Shown here: piece by piece, positions 16,793 through 26,831 of the stretch
How positions within the stretch are numbered: the stretch's first letter is position 1
Layout of the letters: every line of letters begins with the position of its first letter
Source: Dehalococcoidia bacterium
GTDB taxonomy: Bacteria; Chloroflexota; Dehalococcoidia; GIF9; AB-539-J10
Assembly: GCA_030605765.1 (NCBI GenBank)
Contig: JAUWHP010000045.1
Coordinates: forward strand, 1 to 55,350
Reading direction: 5' to 3'
DNA: 55,350 nucleotides
Notes under the pieces: model-generated
The model's input: the letters and a program-made list of their open reading frames with translations, nothing else
What the model was told of the DNA's origin: nothing
Databases searched by the model: none
Program-made: the position numbers and the translations under genes

Positions 16793-19303
16793 CTAAAGTT
16801 CAATTTTCAAGGTTACTATCTCAAAAGGCTTTACTTCCATTCTCAGCCTATTGCGATCTGGTTTCAGCTCATATTCCTCCCGCTCCAGCAAATCGGAAAC
16901 TGCTGCCCTTTTGATTTCACGGAATAGCTCGATCTCAGCTATCGTTTCCTCCCCTTTAGTTTCAAAGAATCTTAATATTACCTCATCACTATCCTCAGCC
17001 TTCTTAAGCGTGGAGAAGATGAGGTTATCGGGGGAAAGCTTTAGGAAGGAGAATTCTTCTGGGAGCTCTCCCTGGGAGTTTGCTTGAATACAACAGGGCA
17101 AGTGGTAGAAATCTTGAGCCTGTTTATATATCTTAGCTTGCCTCCAGTCACCTTCATGAGGCTGAATGGCATATTCAAAGGTGTAGGATTTAAGCTCTAG
17201 AGCATCTGGAGTGGGAATTAAGGGGCCAGATATTCCATCTGCAGAAAGCCCGTACACGCTTCTCAAAAGCCTGATGTAGACAGAGCCTTTCACTATCATA
17301 ACTGCCGGCAACCCTTTATTCATAAAGGCTACTCCTCTTATACCATCGCTCAGGTCAAACCATCTAAGGAAATTAGGTATTCCTGAAGGCTTAAATCCCT
17401 CCTCCCTACTGATGAAGTATTCTGTGGGTTCAGAAACAACCCCAAATTGCATCTCCCGAAAGTAGACTTTCCGCTCCATTCCCGTATCAAACTTAACACT
17501 AAGCCTTATGTTAGGATACTTATTATCAATCTTAGTGATGAACTCGATTCGGGGAAGGTCACGGAAAACTATGACCTCTTTATGGATATCCAACGTTTTA
17601 TATTTATAAAGCATGGGAGGAAACCTTTTCTTTAATCTGTACGGCCAGGTGAGGCAATAATACTCATCCTCAAAAATTATCTTCGCCTGCAAAGCTCCCT
17701 TCTCTATCCTGAAGTTCTTGGGTTTAAAACTCCCATATTCAAATCCTTCCCCGGATTCGCTTTTTATAAGGTCAGCAAACCTGGCTCGATGGTAATAAAG
17801 GTCCCCTATCTCGTCATCTATGAAGATCTCGTTCCCTTTAACCAGAAGTTCACCTTCCCTACTGCGGACTTCGATTATGCCGGTCTCTTTATCCACAGTC
17901 ACTTTATAGAACGGAGTTTCTATGCTTTCTTCCTCAACCTTTATCTTGGCTTCAGGCTTTTTTGTTTGCGATGTTAGTTTATACGCTTTGTAACCTAACG
18001 GCGGAAGATCAGCCATAAAACCTATCCTTGCTCCTTCAATCTTGCCTTCTTCATCTTTTTTTATCTCTATGACCTCACTCTCTACCTCTTTTGCTTCCTT
18101 TATGCCAGGAGTTCCCTTAAATTTCGGAGCTAATTTCAGGTCAGCTTCACCATGATTCAATATCCCCCACGGCATCGAGTTGAAAGCCAGGAGTGCTTCT
18201 CCACCAGTGTTAACCCTCCCCGCAATATAAGACAGGGATTGATTTAAGCTACCAATAAGTTCTGCTTTAAGAGAGGTGCAAATCTGCTTTACCTCTTCAT
18301 AAATCCCATCCACTCCACAGCCGGTGATGATATCGTGGAAGGCAATGTATAAGATTCCCTCCCACGCTTGGTGTAATTCATTGGCAGGATACTCACCGCC
18401 GAGCAGCCAGGCTATGGTGGCAAATTCCTCTGCTTCCATGAGCAAGTTCTCGCATTCCCTGGAGCTTTGCACTATCCACAGCCGGCTGGTGCAAACCTGT
18501 GGAAATACATCTACAAGTTCATTGTCATACAGTTCCCCCTCCACAATCTGGAATTTCTTTTCCGTCTTTTCCAGGCGCTGGAAGAATTCCCTGGGAGTAG
18601 CAATCTTCATTTCAATAGTAGAATGAGCTTTATTCCAATCTTTTACCGCTTGAAGAATTTCCGTCTGTGGAGGCATTGAGCCACTCCCACAGGGCATGAG
18701 GATATGAGAAGTAGCAGCATATTTATCAAGACCGCTGAATGATTGCTCCAATTCATCCAGGTCAAGGCCAGCTCTATAGCCGCGTGGCATCCAATGAGCC
18801 AGGATAGTTGACCCATCCAATCCTTTCCAAATGAACTCGCTTTGTGTTATCTCCGCTCTTGCCCCTCTCCTGAAAGCCAGCCACTTATACCCAGATTTCT
18901 TATAAATCTGAGGAAGTTGAGCATTCATGCCAAAGCTATCCGCACACCAAGCCACAGGGACATCTACAGCGAATTTCTCCTTGCAGTACCTCTTGCCAAA
19001 AAGTATCTCCCTCACCAGCACTTCACCAGCCGGAAGCATAGCATCAGGCATGAGATACTGCCCATCAACTATTTCAAGCTTTCTCTTCTCTATCATCGTT
19101 TTCAAGCCTTGCCAAAGCTCAGGATTCCTCTTTTCCATCTCCTGAAGCAGGAAAGTTTGTTCCAGAGAAAACCTAAATTCTGGAACCGCCATTAGGCCCA
19201 TGACTTCCTTCAATATCTCTTCATTTATTTTAAGATAGTCCTCTTTAGAAAAAGCCCAGGCAACGTCATAATGAGTATGGGGCACCAAATATATTGTTTT
19301 CAT
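16793..19303 (-). CDS. Glycoside hydrolase family 38 (alpha-mannosidase-like)
   Basis: HTHYDVAW Zn ligands, WCADSFG nucleophile, FHDIITG, C-terminal LKKAED...LRFFE...PFEIVT. Confidence 0.9.
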   Translation of the reverse strand: MKTIYLVPHTHYDVAWAFSKEDYLKINEEILKEVMGLMAVPEFRFSLEQTFLLQEMEKRNPELWQGLKTMIEKRKLEIVDGQYLMPDAMLPAGEVLVREILFGKRYCKEKFAVDVPVAWCADSFGMNAQLPQIYKKSGYKWLAFRRGARAEITQSEFIWKGLDGSTILAHWMPRGYRAGLDLDELEQSFSGLDKYAATSHILMPCGSGSMPPQTEILQAVKDWNKAHSTIEMKIATPREFFQRLEKTEKKFQIVEGELYDNELVDVFPQVCTSRLWIVQSSRECENLLMEAEEFATIAWLLGGEYPANELHQAWEGILYIAFHDIITGCGVDGIYEEVKQICTSLKAELIGSLNQSLSYIAGRVNTGGEALLAFNSMPWGILNHGEADLKLAPKFKGTPGIKEAKEVESEVIEIKKDEEGKIEGARIGFMADLPPLGYKAYKLTSQTKKPEAKIKVEEESIETPFYKVTVDKETGIIEVRSREGELLVKGNEIFIDDEIGDLYYHRARFADLIKSESGEGFEYGSFKPKNFRIEKGALQAKIIFEDEYYCLTWPYRLKKRFPPMLYKYKTLDIHKEVIVFRDLPRIEFITKIDNKYPNIRLSVKFDTGMERKVYFREMQFGVVSEPTEYFISREEGFKPSGIPNFLRWFDLSDGIRGVAFMNKGLPAVMIVKGSVYIRLLRSVYGLSADGISGPLIPTPDALELKSYTFEYAIQPHEGDWRQAKIYKQAQDFYHLPCCIQANSQGELPEEFSFLKLSPDNLIFSTLKKAEDSDEVILRFFETKGEETIAEIELFREIKRAAVSDLLEREEYELKPDRNRLRMEVKPFEIVTLKIEL

Positions 19304-19337
19304 CTCACACTCCTATTATTTTTAAATCCCAAAATTT

Positions 19338-20423
19338 TCAGGGCGAAATGCTATTCGCCTCAATAGATTTATCAGGCCAAACTCTGACACCTTGCGGTAG
19401 TTTATTACCTTCTCCAATCATTACATTGTCACCTAAAACACAGTTATCCAAAATTTCAGTCTCATCACCAACATAACAATTGAAGGCGAGCGTACAGTTC
19501 TTTAGCTTAGCACCCTTGCCAATTTTACAATCCCGCCATAACAGTGCCCCTTCCACTATAGCACCTTCTGCTATCTGGCATCCTGGTCCTAAGGCAACAG
19601 GCCCTTTTATTACACAATTTTTATCAACAGCGCAACCCCCACCAATTACCACCGGTCCCTCAATTCGAGCCGTGGGATGCACAAAACCTTCATTCTCAAA
19701 TTCCACGCCCTTACTGAAATAGCGACGGAGCAAATCATGGTTTAGTTTCAGGTATTTCTCCGGCGTGCCTATATCAATCCAATAACCCTCAAATGGGTAG
19801 CCATAAATAATCTGCCCTCCTTCTATAGCCACAGGAAAGATATCACGTTCAAAAGTGAAGAAGACTTCGGAGGGGATATAGTCTAGAATTTCCGGTTCCA
19901 GAACGTAAACGCCAGCATTAATCATATTGGTAGTTACTTCCTCCCATCTTGGTTTTTCCTTGAAACATTTAACCCTGCCCTGGCTGTCTGTCTCCACTAC
20001 CCCATAGATAGTGGGGTTGTCTACAGGAGTCAAGGCTATAGTCATGCGGGCTTTTCTCTCACGGTGCAGGCTCACCATAGCAGTCAGGTCAAGGTCAGTG
20101 AAAATATCACCGTTAAGAACGATAAATGGGCTACCCAGGGATTCTTCAGCATTTTTCACTGCTCCTGCTGACCCCAGCGGTAAATCTTCCACCACGTAGC
20201 TTATTTTTACGCCAAACTTGCTACCATCACCAAAATAAGTTCTGATTTGCTCTGGCCTATGGCTCAAGGTAAGAATAATATCATTGACATCGTGTTTCTT
20301 GAGATAACCGATAAGGTGCTCCAGGAAAGGATGATTTAATACAGGCACCATCACCTTACTCGTATTGCAGCTAAGAGGACGTAGCCTGGTTGCTTGCCCA
20401 CCGGCTAAAATAATAGCTTTCAT
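19338..20423 (-). CDS. NDP-sugar pyrophosphorylase (mannose-1-phosphate guanylyltransferase-like) with left-handed beta-helix
   Basis: ILAGGQATRLRPL, NGD, FKEKP, INAGVY, YWIDIGTP, C-terminal hexapeptide repeats. Confidence 0.88.
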   Translation of the reverse strand: MKAIILAGGQATRLRPLSCNTSKVMVPVLNHPFLEHLIGYLKKHDVNDIILTLSHRPEQIRTYFGDGSKFGVKISYVVEDLPLGSAGAVKNAEESLGSPFIVLNGDIFTDLDLTAMVSLHRERKARMTIALTPVDNPTIYGVVETDSQGRVKCFKEKPRWEEVTTNMINAGVYVLEPEILDYIPSEVFFTFERDIFPVAIEGGQIIYGYPFEGYWIDIGTPEKYLKLNHDLLRRYFSKGVEFENEGFVHPTARIEGPVVIGGGCAVDKNCVIKGPVALGPGCQIAEGAIVEGALLWRDCKIGKGAKLKNCTLAFNCYVGDETEILDNCVLGDNVMIGEGNKLPQGVRVWPDKSIEANSISP

Positions 20424-20548
20424 TGTTTCATTACTCTACAAGGCTCTTAAGATTTGCCTTTTTCACAGTTTATTTGCATGAATCGCAGTAGCCTCTGTTC
20501 GATTTTAGAAACCTCACCTAATATCATTTTCCCCTCGGATAGCAATAT

Positions 20549-21937
20549 CTAACCTCCCCTTTTGCTAAGTTTGAACCACGGGTGATAGCTAATTATAGAG
20601 TTCTTGTCCAATTCACCATTGACGAAATAATTGAAAATTCTCAGATAATCTGCCACTCTATCAGGCATAAGGAAGTGTTCCTCGACATAGTTATGAGCTT
20701 TCTCGCCCATTGATTCTGCTATACATGGGTTCCCCAACAAACGAATTACTTTCTTCGCCGCCTTTTTTGTTGAAGTAACAAAAAACCCAGTTTCGCCTCC
20801 CCTGATTTGAATAGGGATGGCTCCCACTTCCCTGGTTATCACTGGTTTACCCTTCCACATTGCTTCGGTAATAACCAACCCAAATCCTTCCTTAATGGAA
20901 GGTTGCAGCATCACTTTCGCAGCTCTCTGCAACGCATTGACCTCCAAAGCACTAACCTGTACGTCTTCAGGAAGCCTGATAACATGAATATCAAGGTCAT
21001 CTTCCGCTTCCTCGCAAGCCTGATTAAAGACCACCTCTCCTTCAGGATCGTCCGAAGCCATACCGCCAGCTATCACCAGTTGGCAATTTACCTCTCTTTT
21101 AACCATTTTATATATCTTGATACTGGTCCCAATGCCCTTCCAGGGGTCAAATCTACCTATCTGAACCAGCAAAGGGCACTCACAGTCTATTCCATATTTC
21201 TCCAATACCCTGGCAATCTCATTAGCGCTTAGCTCTTTATTTTTCGTAGAAAGCGGATCAATGAAGGGTGGAATTATATATTTCTGTAAAGGCCAACAAT
21301 CCACTACATAATGAGCACCTGAGAAGACAACAGCATCGTAAAAATCTGCCCAAAATGTAATGAATTGCCATAACACAGAGTTGGTTTCCAGAATATCTTC
21401 CTCTACATCAATATGGCTCCTCCACAGCCACTTTTCATTTTCTCCCCTTAAATAGCGAGCTAAACCAAGCGGCTGCGGGTCATGTACAATTGTTATGTCT
21501 GGACTGTAGTTCTTATAATCTCCAGCGTAGATATCGGCATTCTCCTTTAAGGCACGGTAGTATTCCTTTACCATCGGGGGGCTGAAAGTGCCTTTCTTGC
21601 CCTGTAAAAGATTATGGATAGTTTTCGTCACGCGGTAAAAGGATTCCCTACCCGACATAACTTTCCATTCATCCTCCAATCCCAACTGGTTTAAGAATGG
21701 CACCTGGGAGTAAAGCATCTCAGCTACTCCACCGCCTACCGCCGTGGAGTTAACTTCCAGTATTTTTACCCCTTTAAGTTTTTTCGCAAGTTTTTGTAGC
21801 TCTTCTACCCTCTCTTCGCCCACTATAGGAACATAACTCTCAATAGGAGATGCCGAAAAAGGTTGAAGCCCTTTTCTTCGACTATACACACTGCCATTCT
21901 GCAGAGGAAATTCCCTCTTAAGCTCTTCCTTAACCAT
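20549..21937 (-). CDS. treT: Trehalose synthase, glycosyl-transferring (GT4)
   Basis: VNSTAVGGGVAE, HDPQP, WRSHID, PFIDPLS, RFDPWKG, DDPEG, EGFGLVITEAMWK. Confidence 0.85.
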   Translation of the reverse strand: MVKEELKREFPLQNGSVYSRRKGLQPFSASPIESYVPIVGEERVEELQKLAKKLKGVKILEVNSTAVGGGVAEMLYSQVPFLNQLGLEDEWKVMSGRESFYRVTKTIHNLLQGKKGTFSPPMVKEYYRALKENADIYAGDYKNYSPDITIVHDPQPLGLARYLRGENEKWLWRSHIDVEEDILETNSVLWQFITFWADFYDAVVFSGAHYVVDCWPLQKYIIPPFIDPLSTKNKELSANEIARVLEKYGIDCECPLLVQIGRFDPWKGIGTSIKIYKMVKREVNCQLVIAGGMASDDPEGEVVFNQACEEAEDDLDIHVIRLPEDVQVSALEVNALQRAAKVMLQPSIKEGFGLVITEAMWKGKPVITREVGAIPIQIRGGETGFFVTSTKKAAKKVIRLLGNPCIAESMGEKAHNYVEEHFLMPDRVADYLRIFNYFVNGELDKNSIISYHPWFKLSKRGG

Positions 21938-21960
21938 TTTCTTTAGTTTCGCGTTCCCTG

Positions 21961-22776
21961 CTAATTATTCAGTTTAATGACCCCTCCCAGCATATTAAGA
22001 AATTGATACGCTTCACCTGGTGACCGTAAGAGATACTGAGCTTTCGGTTCAGCACTTTCCTCACCCACAAAAATAGAAATCCCTTTACCTTTATTCACCA
22101 CATGAAAACCATCATAATCGGTTATATCGTCACCCAAAAATACCACTAACAGTTTGCTTTCTTCGGCAAGTTTTCCATTAAGCCTTCGAGTGATAAATTC
22201 TATCGCTTTTCCTTTATTCCAATCCACTGCTGGCCTTATATCATATGCTTTCTTGCTTGGCGTAATTCTTATTTTGCCCGAAGCAAGAGGAGGGTTAATA
22301 ATGCGACGAAAAATTCTATCCACCTCTCCTAACTGTGCTTCATCTACAAGCCGATAATGCAAACTTAAAGTTAATCCCTTATCGTCTACTCTGGCTCCTT
22401 TAATTTCAGATAAAGCTTTACCTAGCTCCTCACATAACGAATGCAAGAATGGTTCAGCCTCTTTGGCGACCGGATTAACAAAGCTAAAATTAGGCCCCTC
22501 GATTTCCAGACCATGGTTTCCTGCATAGATAATGCCGTCGATGCCCACTCTTTCCCGTAAATCTTGCACAGTCCTACCACTTATAACTCCTAACGTCAGA
22601 TGGGAATTCTCAGCCAGTTCCTGCAGGTGCTCTTTCATTTGCGGTGATAAATCAGCTAATTCAGGTTTTTCTACGATGGGCGTTAACGTGCCATCATAAT
22701 CACTTAGCAACAATATATGTTCTGCCACTTTAATTCTTGCAGCAACAACATCCCAACAGGAAAGGAGGTTCCTCAT
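21961..22776 (-). CDS. otsB: Trehalose-6-phosphate phosphatase
   Basis: DYDGTL, ISGR, GNHG, LHYR, WNKG, GDDITD; start placed at the ATGA overlap with the otsA stop. Confidence 0.92.
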   Translation of the reverse strand: MRNLLSCWDVVAARIKVAEHILLLSDYDGTLTPIVEKPELADLSPQMKEHLQELAENSHLTLGVISGRTVQDLRERVGIDGIIYAGNHGLEIEGPNFSFVNPVAKEAEPFLHSLCEELGKALSEIKGARVDDKGLTLSLHYRLVDEAQLGEVDRIFRRIINPPLASGKIRITPSKKAYDIRPAVDWNKGKAIEFITRRLNGKLAEESKLLVVFLGDDITDYDGFHVVNKGKGISIFVGEESAEPKAQYLLRSPGEAYQFLNMLGGVIKLNN

Positions 22777-24257
22777 ACCAATTTCGTCAACTCTAAAATT
22801 ATAGCTGCAGCCCATTTATAGATGTTATTTTCTCTAACTATGTTCCTTTTTCTTCGCATCCGCTTATATCTCTCTATTCTAGGCATCTTCAGAGCTTTTT
22901 CCATCGAGGCTGCAAGATGGTCAATGTCATAAGGGTTTATCAACAGGGCATCGTTAAGTTCCTTAGCAGCTCCAGCAAAGCGGCTTAGGAGTAAAATACC
23001 ATCATTGTCACATCGGCTGGCGACAAATTCCTTGGCTACCAAATTCATGCCATCATGTAAAGAACTTACTATACACAGGTCCGCCATGCCCATCAGAGCC
23101 ATTATTGTAGTTACAGGTAAAGGACCAACCATAGTGATTATGGGTTTCCAATCTCCCGAGCCATGTTTTAGATTTATCCTTTCCACCAACGTATCTATGC
23201 TTTCTCCTAACTTCCTGTAGCTCGGGATCTCCGTGCGGCTGGGCACTGTGACCTGTATGAAGCTCACCTTACCCTTATACTCTGGGTACTTCTCAAAAAA
23301 GCGGTCTATAGCCATCAGCCGCCGTGGAATTCCTTTAATATAATCCAAACGGTCGATGCTAATCCCGACAAGTTTATCACCCAGGTTTAGCTCCCCTCTT
23401 AATCTCTCTATTTCCCCCTTTACCTCAACACTTTGAGCATCTTGGGAGAGCTGCTCAAAGTCTACGCTTATAGGAAAAGGATGCACTTCTGTTTTCCTTC
23501 CCTCTACGGTGGCCTCAGCTTTCTCGTAGCTAACTTTAGAGCCAGCAACCATTCTATTCACTGTGGTGAGGAAGTTACGGCAGTGGCGCACTGTATGGAA
23601 ACCTAAAAGGTCATTTCCTAAAAGGCCTCTCACTATTTCTTCTCCCCAGGGGCAACTTTGGAAGCTTCCTTGCCTTGGCCAGGGAATGTGCCAAAATTGT
23701 GCCACGGTAATCTCTGGGCTCATCCTCTTTATCAAGCGCGGTAGCAAGGCAAAATGATAATCCTGAATAAAAACTATTGCCTTTCTGTTTCCTATCTCCT
23801 CCAGCACACTTTGAGCAAAGACTTCATTTACCTTCTTATAAATACTCCACTGAGCCTCATCAAATATAGGTTTAATATCAACAGCATGACACAGAGGCCA
23901 AAGAGCTTGGTTAGAAAAACCATAATAGTAGCTATTTACCTCTTCATCGCTTAGCCAGACTCGTTTTAAAGTATAAAGCGGCTCCTCTGGTGGTACCATA
24001 AGCTTACGTTGAGAATCCACCATGTCCCTGTCAGCATCACCGCTGCCATGAGCTATCCAAATACCACCTATAGCGGAGATCACTGGTTCTACGGCTGTAG
24101 TCACACCACCAACTGCGGTTTCACATTTAATTTCGTTACCTTGATAGCTATGAATGTATGGCTCGCGATTGGACACAACTATAAAGAGGTAGTCAGATAA
24201 TTCTGCTTTCGCAAATTGGCATAAATTCTCCCTCTTCCATACTTGCCTTATTTTCAT
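22773..24257 (-). CDS. otsA: Trehalose-6-phosphate synthase (GT20)
   Basis: VSNREP, YYGFSNQALWPLCH, QDYH, HIPWP, DRLDYIKG, DGMNLVAKE, NPYD. Confidence 0.95.
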   Translation of the reverse strand: MKIRQVWKRENLCQFAKAELSDYLFIVVSNREPYIHSYQGNEIKCETAVGGVTTAVEPVISAIGGIWIAHGSGDADRDMVDSQRKLMVPPEEPLYTLKRVWLSDEEVNSYYYGFSNQALWPLCHAVDIKPIFDEAQWSIYKKVNEVFAQSVLEEIGNRKAIVFIQDYHFALLPRLIKRMSPEITVAQFWHIPWPRQGSFQSCPWGEEIVRGLLGNDLLGFHTVRHCRNFLTTVNRMVAGSKVSYEKAEATVEGRKTEVHPFPISVDFEQLSQDAQSVEVKGEIERLRGELNLGDKLVGISIDRLDYIKGIPRRLMAIDRFFEKYPEYKGKVSFIQVTVPSRTEIPSYRKLGESIDTLVERINLKHGSGDWKPIITMVGPLPVTTIMALMGMADLCIVSSLHDGMNLVAKEFVASRCDNDGILLLSRFAGAAKELNDALLINPYDIDHLAASMEKALKMPRIERYKRMRRKRNIVRENNIYKWAAAIILELTKLV

Positions 24258-24514
24258 ATAGCCACCGTTATAGAGCGCTCATTTACCTTATCATAACCCC
24301 TCGAAATATCCAAGACAGCCACAAAATCAAGATTCAGAGGTTATCTATCAAGTCTGGCTTGAAAGGATCAACAACTTTTATCTGATGCGCAGCACAAGAA
24401 AAAGGCTTACTTGGTAAGATTGGATTTTGTTCCACCAATGCCCTCGCAGCATTGATAAACTCTGGGGAGGGAGATATAATTTGAGCAATTTTTAACGAAA
24501 GCAAGGAACAAGAC

Positions 24515-25771
24515 ATGAGCAGTACTGAAAAAACCAGCCTTCTCAAAATGGTGGTGAGCCAAATTGATGCCGCCTGTGAACGACTAAATGTTCAAGATTC
24601 GTGCCGTTTGCGGCTGCGGAAGTGCGAGCGTGAGCTAATAGCTAATTTTCCTGTAAAAATGGACGATGGAACAGTAAGAATCTTCACTGGCTTCAGGGTT
24701 CAACATAATGATTCCCGCGGGCCATGTAAAGGTGGGATTCGCTATCACCCAGATATTACTTTAGACCAAACTCGGGCTTTGGCAGCTCAGATGACTATGA
24801 AGGCTGCAGTTGTCAATGTACCTTACGGTGGTGCCAAAGGAGCTATTATTTGCAACCCAAAGCTCATGTCTCAATCTGAGCTGGAGAGGTTAACTCGGCG
24901 TTATGCCTGCGAGATATCGCTGTTAATAGGCCCTGAGAGTGATATACCGGCTCCTGAGGTAGGCACAAATCCTCAAACCATGGCATGGATTATGGACACC
25001 TATAGCATGGCGAAGGGATATTCTATCCCAACGGTGGTCACAGGTAAGCCTATAGAAATAGGTGGTAGCAAGGGCAGGCTTGAAGCCACAGGCCATGGTT
25101 GTATGATAAGTGCCAAATTGGCAGCCAAGCAAAGACATCTCAGCCTGCGAGTAGCTACCGTAGCAATTCAGGGTGCTGGCAATGTAGCCTCCTCAGCAGC
25201 TAAGCAGCTAGCCAGAGAAGGCTGTCAAATCATAGCAATGAGCGATTCCACCGGCGGGGCCTATAACCCACAAGGCTTAGACATAGAGAGTTTGCTCAAT
25301 TACAAGAAGGAAACAGGCTCGGTGATTGGCTTTCCTGGTACTGACATCATAACTAATGCTGACCTACTGGCACTACCGTGTGATATTCTGATGGCGGCAG
25401 CTACGGAAAGACAAATAACAGCAGACAATGCAGCACAGGTAAAGGCGAAGATTGTTGTAGAAGGTGCCAATGTGCCCACTACCCCCAAGGCGTCTAAGAT
25501 TCTTTACGATAATGGAGTATTTGTTGTTCCCGATATATTAGCCAGTACAGGAGGGCTCATAATCTCGTACTTTGAGTGGGTACAAAACATACAATCTTTG
25601 TTTTGGCAGGAGTGGGAGGTAAACGATAGCCTACAAAGATTACTAACCGATGCCTTTACAGAAGTTCTGGAAATTACCCGGGCTGAGAAAACAGATATGA
25701 GAAGCGCCGCCCATATGTTAGCGGTAAAACGAGTGGTATCTGCTATGTCCGCAAGAGGAATATACCCCTAA
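24515..25771 (+). CDS. Glu/Leu/Phe/Val dehydrogenase, divergent paralog
   Basis: GPCKGGIRYHP and YGGAKG are present, but DIPAPEVGT, EGANVP and ASTGGLIISYFEW deviate from the consensus. Confidence 0.88.
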   Translation: MSSTEKTSLLKMVVSQIDAACERLNVQDSCRLRLRKCERELIANFPVKMDDGTVRIFTGFRVQHNDSRGPCKGGIRYHPDITLDQTRALAAQMTMKAAVVNVPYGGAKGAIICNPKLMSQSELERLTRRYACEISLLIGPESDIPAPEVGTNPQTMAWIMDTYSMAKGYSIPTVVTGKPIEIGGSKGRLEATGHGCMISAKLAAKQRHLSLRVATVAIQGAGNVASSAAKQLAREGCQIIAMSDSTGGAYNPQGLDIESLLNYKKETGSVIGFPGTDIITNADLLALPCDILMAAATERQITADNAAQVKAKIVVEGANVPTTPKASKILYDNGVFVVPDILASTGGLIISYFEWVQNIQSLFWQEWEVNDSLQRLLTDAFTEVLEITRAEKTDMRSAAHMLAVKRVVSAMSARGIYP

Positions 25772-25807
25772 TCACACGGAAATGCATTGTTTAAAGAGAG
25801 AATATAG

Positions 25808-26578
25808 ATGAAAGAGATAAGGATTATACCTTGCCTTGACGTGAAGGATGGGCGTGTGGTTAAAGGAGTTAGATTTGAAAACCTGAGAGATGCCCGAGAC
25901 CCCGTAGAAGCAGCGGAGACCTATTGTCACGAAGGCGCAGACGAGCTAGCCTTCCTCGATATCGCTGCTACTGTAGAGAATAGAGGGACGAGGCTAGAAT
26001 GGGTCAAGAAAGTGGCAGAAAAGATTACTATCCCTTTTACAGTAGGTGGTGGAATTAGAAATATCGAGGATATAAAGGCATTGCTTGATCTTGGTGTGGA
26101 TAAAGTCTCCATTAATACCGCAGCCGTTAGGAATCCTGACTTTATCAGAAAAGCAGCTAAAGAGTTTGGCCATGATAAATTAGTGGTTGCTATTGATGGG
26201 AAGAAAAATCCGATAGAAAGCAAATTGCCCAGATTAGAGGTAGTGGTAAAAAGCGGAGCAGAGTCCACAGGTATGGAGCTTGTCAATTGGGCAAAGAGAG
26301 TGGAGGAGCTAGGAGCTGGAGAGATTTTGCTTACCAGCAAGGATACCGATGGGACAAAAGAAGGATATGACCTGGAAATGACTAAAACCGTGGCTGAGAC
26401 AGTTAAGATACCAGTTATTGCTTCAGGCGGTGCAGGTAAACTCGAACACCTGTATGAAGCTGTAACAATTGGTAAGGCATCAGCAGTTTTAGCCGCTTCG
26501 ATCTTCCACTTCAGGGAGATTTCAATACCTCAAGCGAAACGATACCTGAAGCAACAAGGTATAGCAATAAAAGTATAA
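25808..26578 (+). CDS. hisF: Imidazole glycerol phosphate synthase cyclase subunit
   Basis: RIIPCLDVKDGRVVKG, VVAID, GAGEILLTS, DGTKEGYD, IASGGAG, LAASIFH. Confidence 0.93.
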   Translation: MKEIRIIPCLDVKDGRVVKGVRFENLRDARDPVEAAETYCHEGADELAFLDIAATVENRGTRLEWVKKVAEKITIPFTVGGGIRNIEDIKALLDLGVDKVSINTAAVRNPDFIRKAAKEFGHDKLVVAIDGKKNPIESKLPRLEVVVKSGAESTGMELVNWAKRVEELGAGEILLTSKDTDGTKEGYDLEMTKTVAETVKIPVIASGGAGKLEHLYEAVTIGKASAVLAASIFHFREISIPQAKRYLKQQGIAIKV

Positions 26579-26831
26579 GGAAAACAAAGACGCCTCTTTG
26601 TCAAATTGTGTGGAAACAGCTACGAGATAGTATAAACCCCATGAGCATTTTGCTTTCTGTATTACCTCTCTGGGCAAAACCATTGGTAAAGCCGCTGCCA
26701 GAATGGCTCAGCGTAGGCTCTCTCGGCCACTTTAGAGCATTGCTCCTCCTTACAAACTCGCCAAAACCTTGCCCCCCCCATCTAATCTCGAGCTATAATG
26801 TTTAGAATTTTTATGAAACGGAGGTACAAAA

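Noticed and set aside
26670-26705. c-di-GMP-I riboswitch (GGGCAAAACC)
   Set aside because: The GAAA-loop P2 stem and the GACGCAAAGC segment are absent.
26618-26795. 6S RNA or MITE suggested by imperfect terminal inverted repeats
   Set aside because: The interior is not self-complementary and the termini match only loosely.
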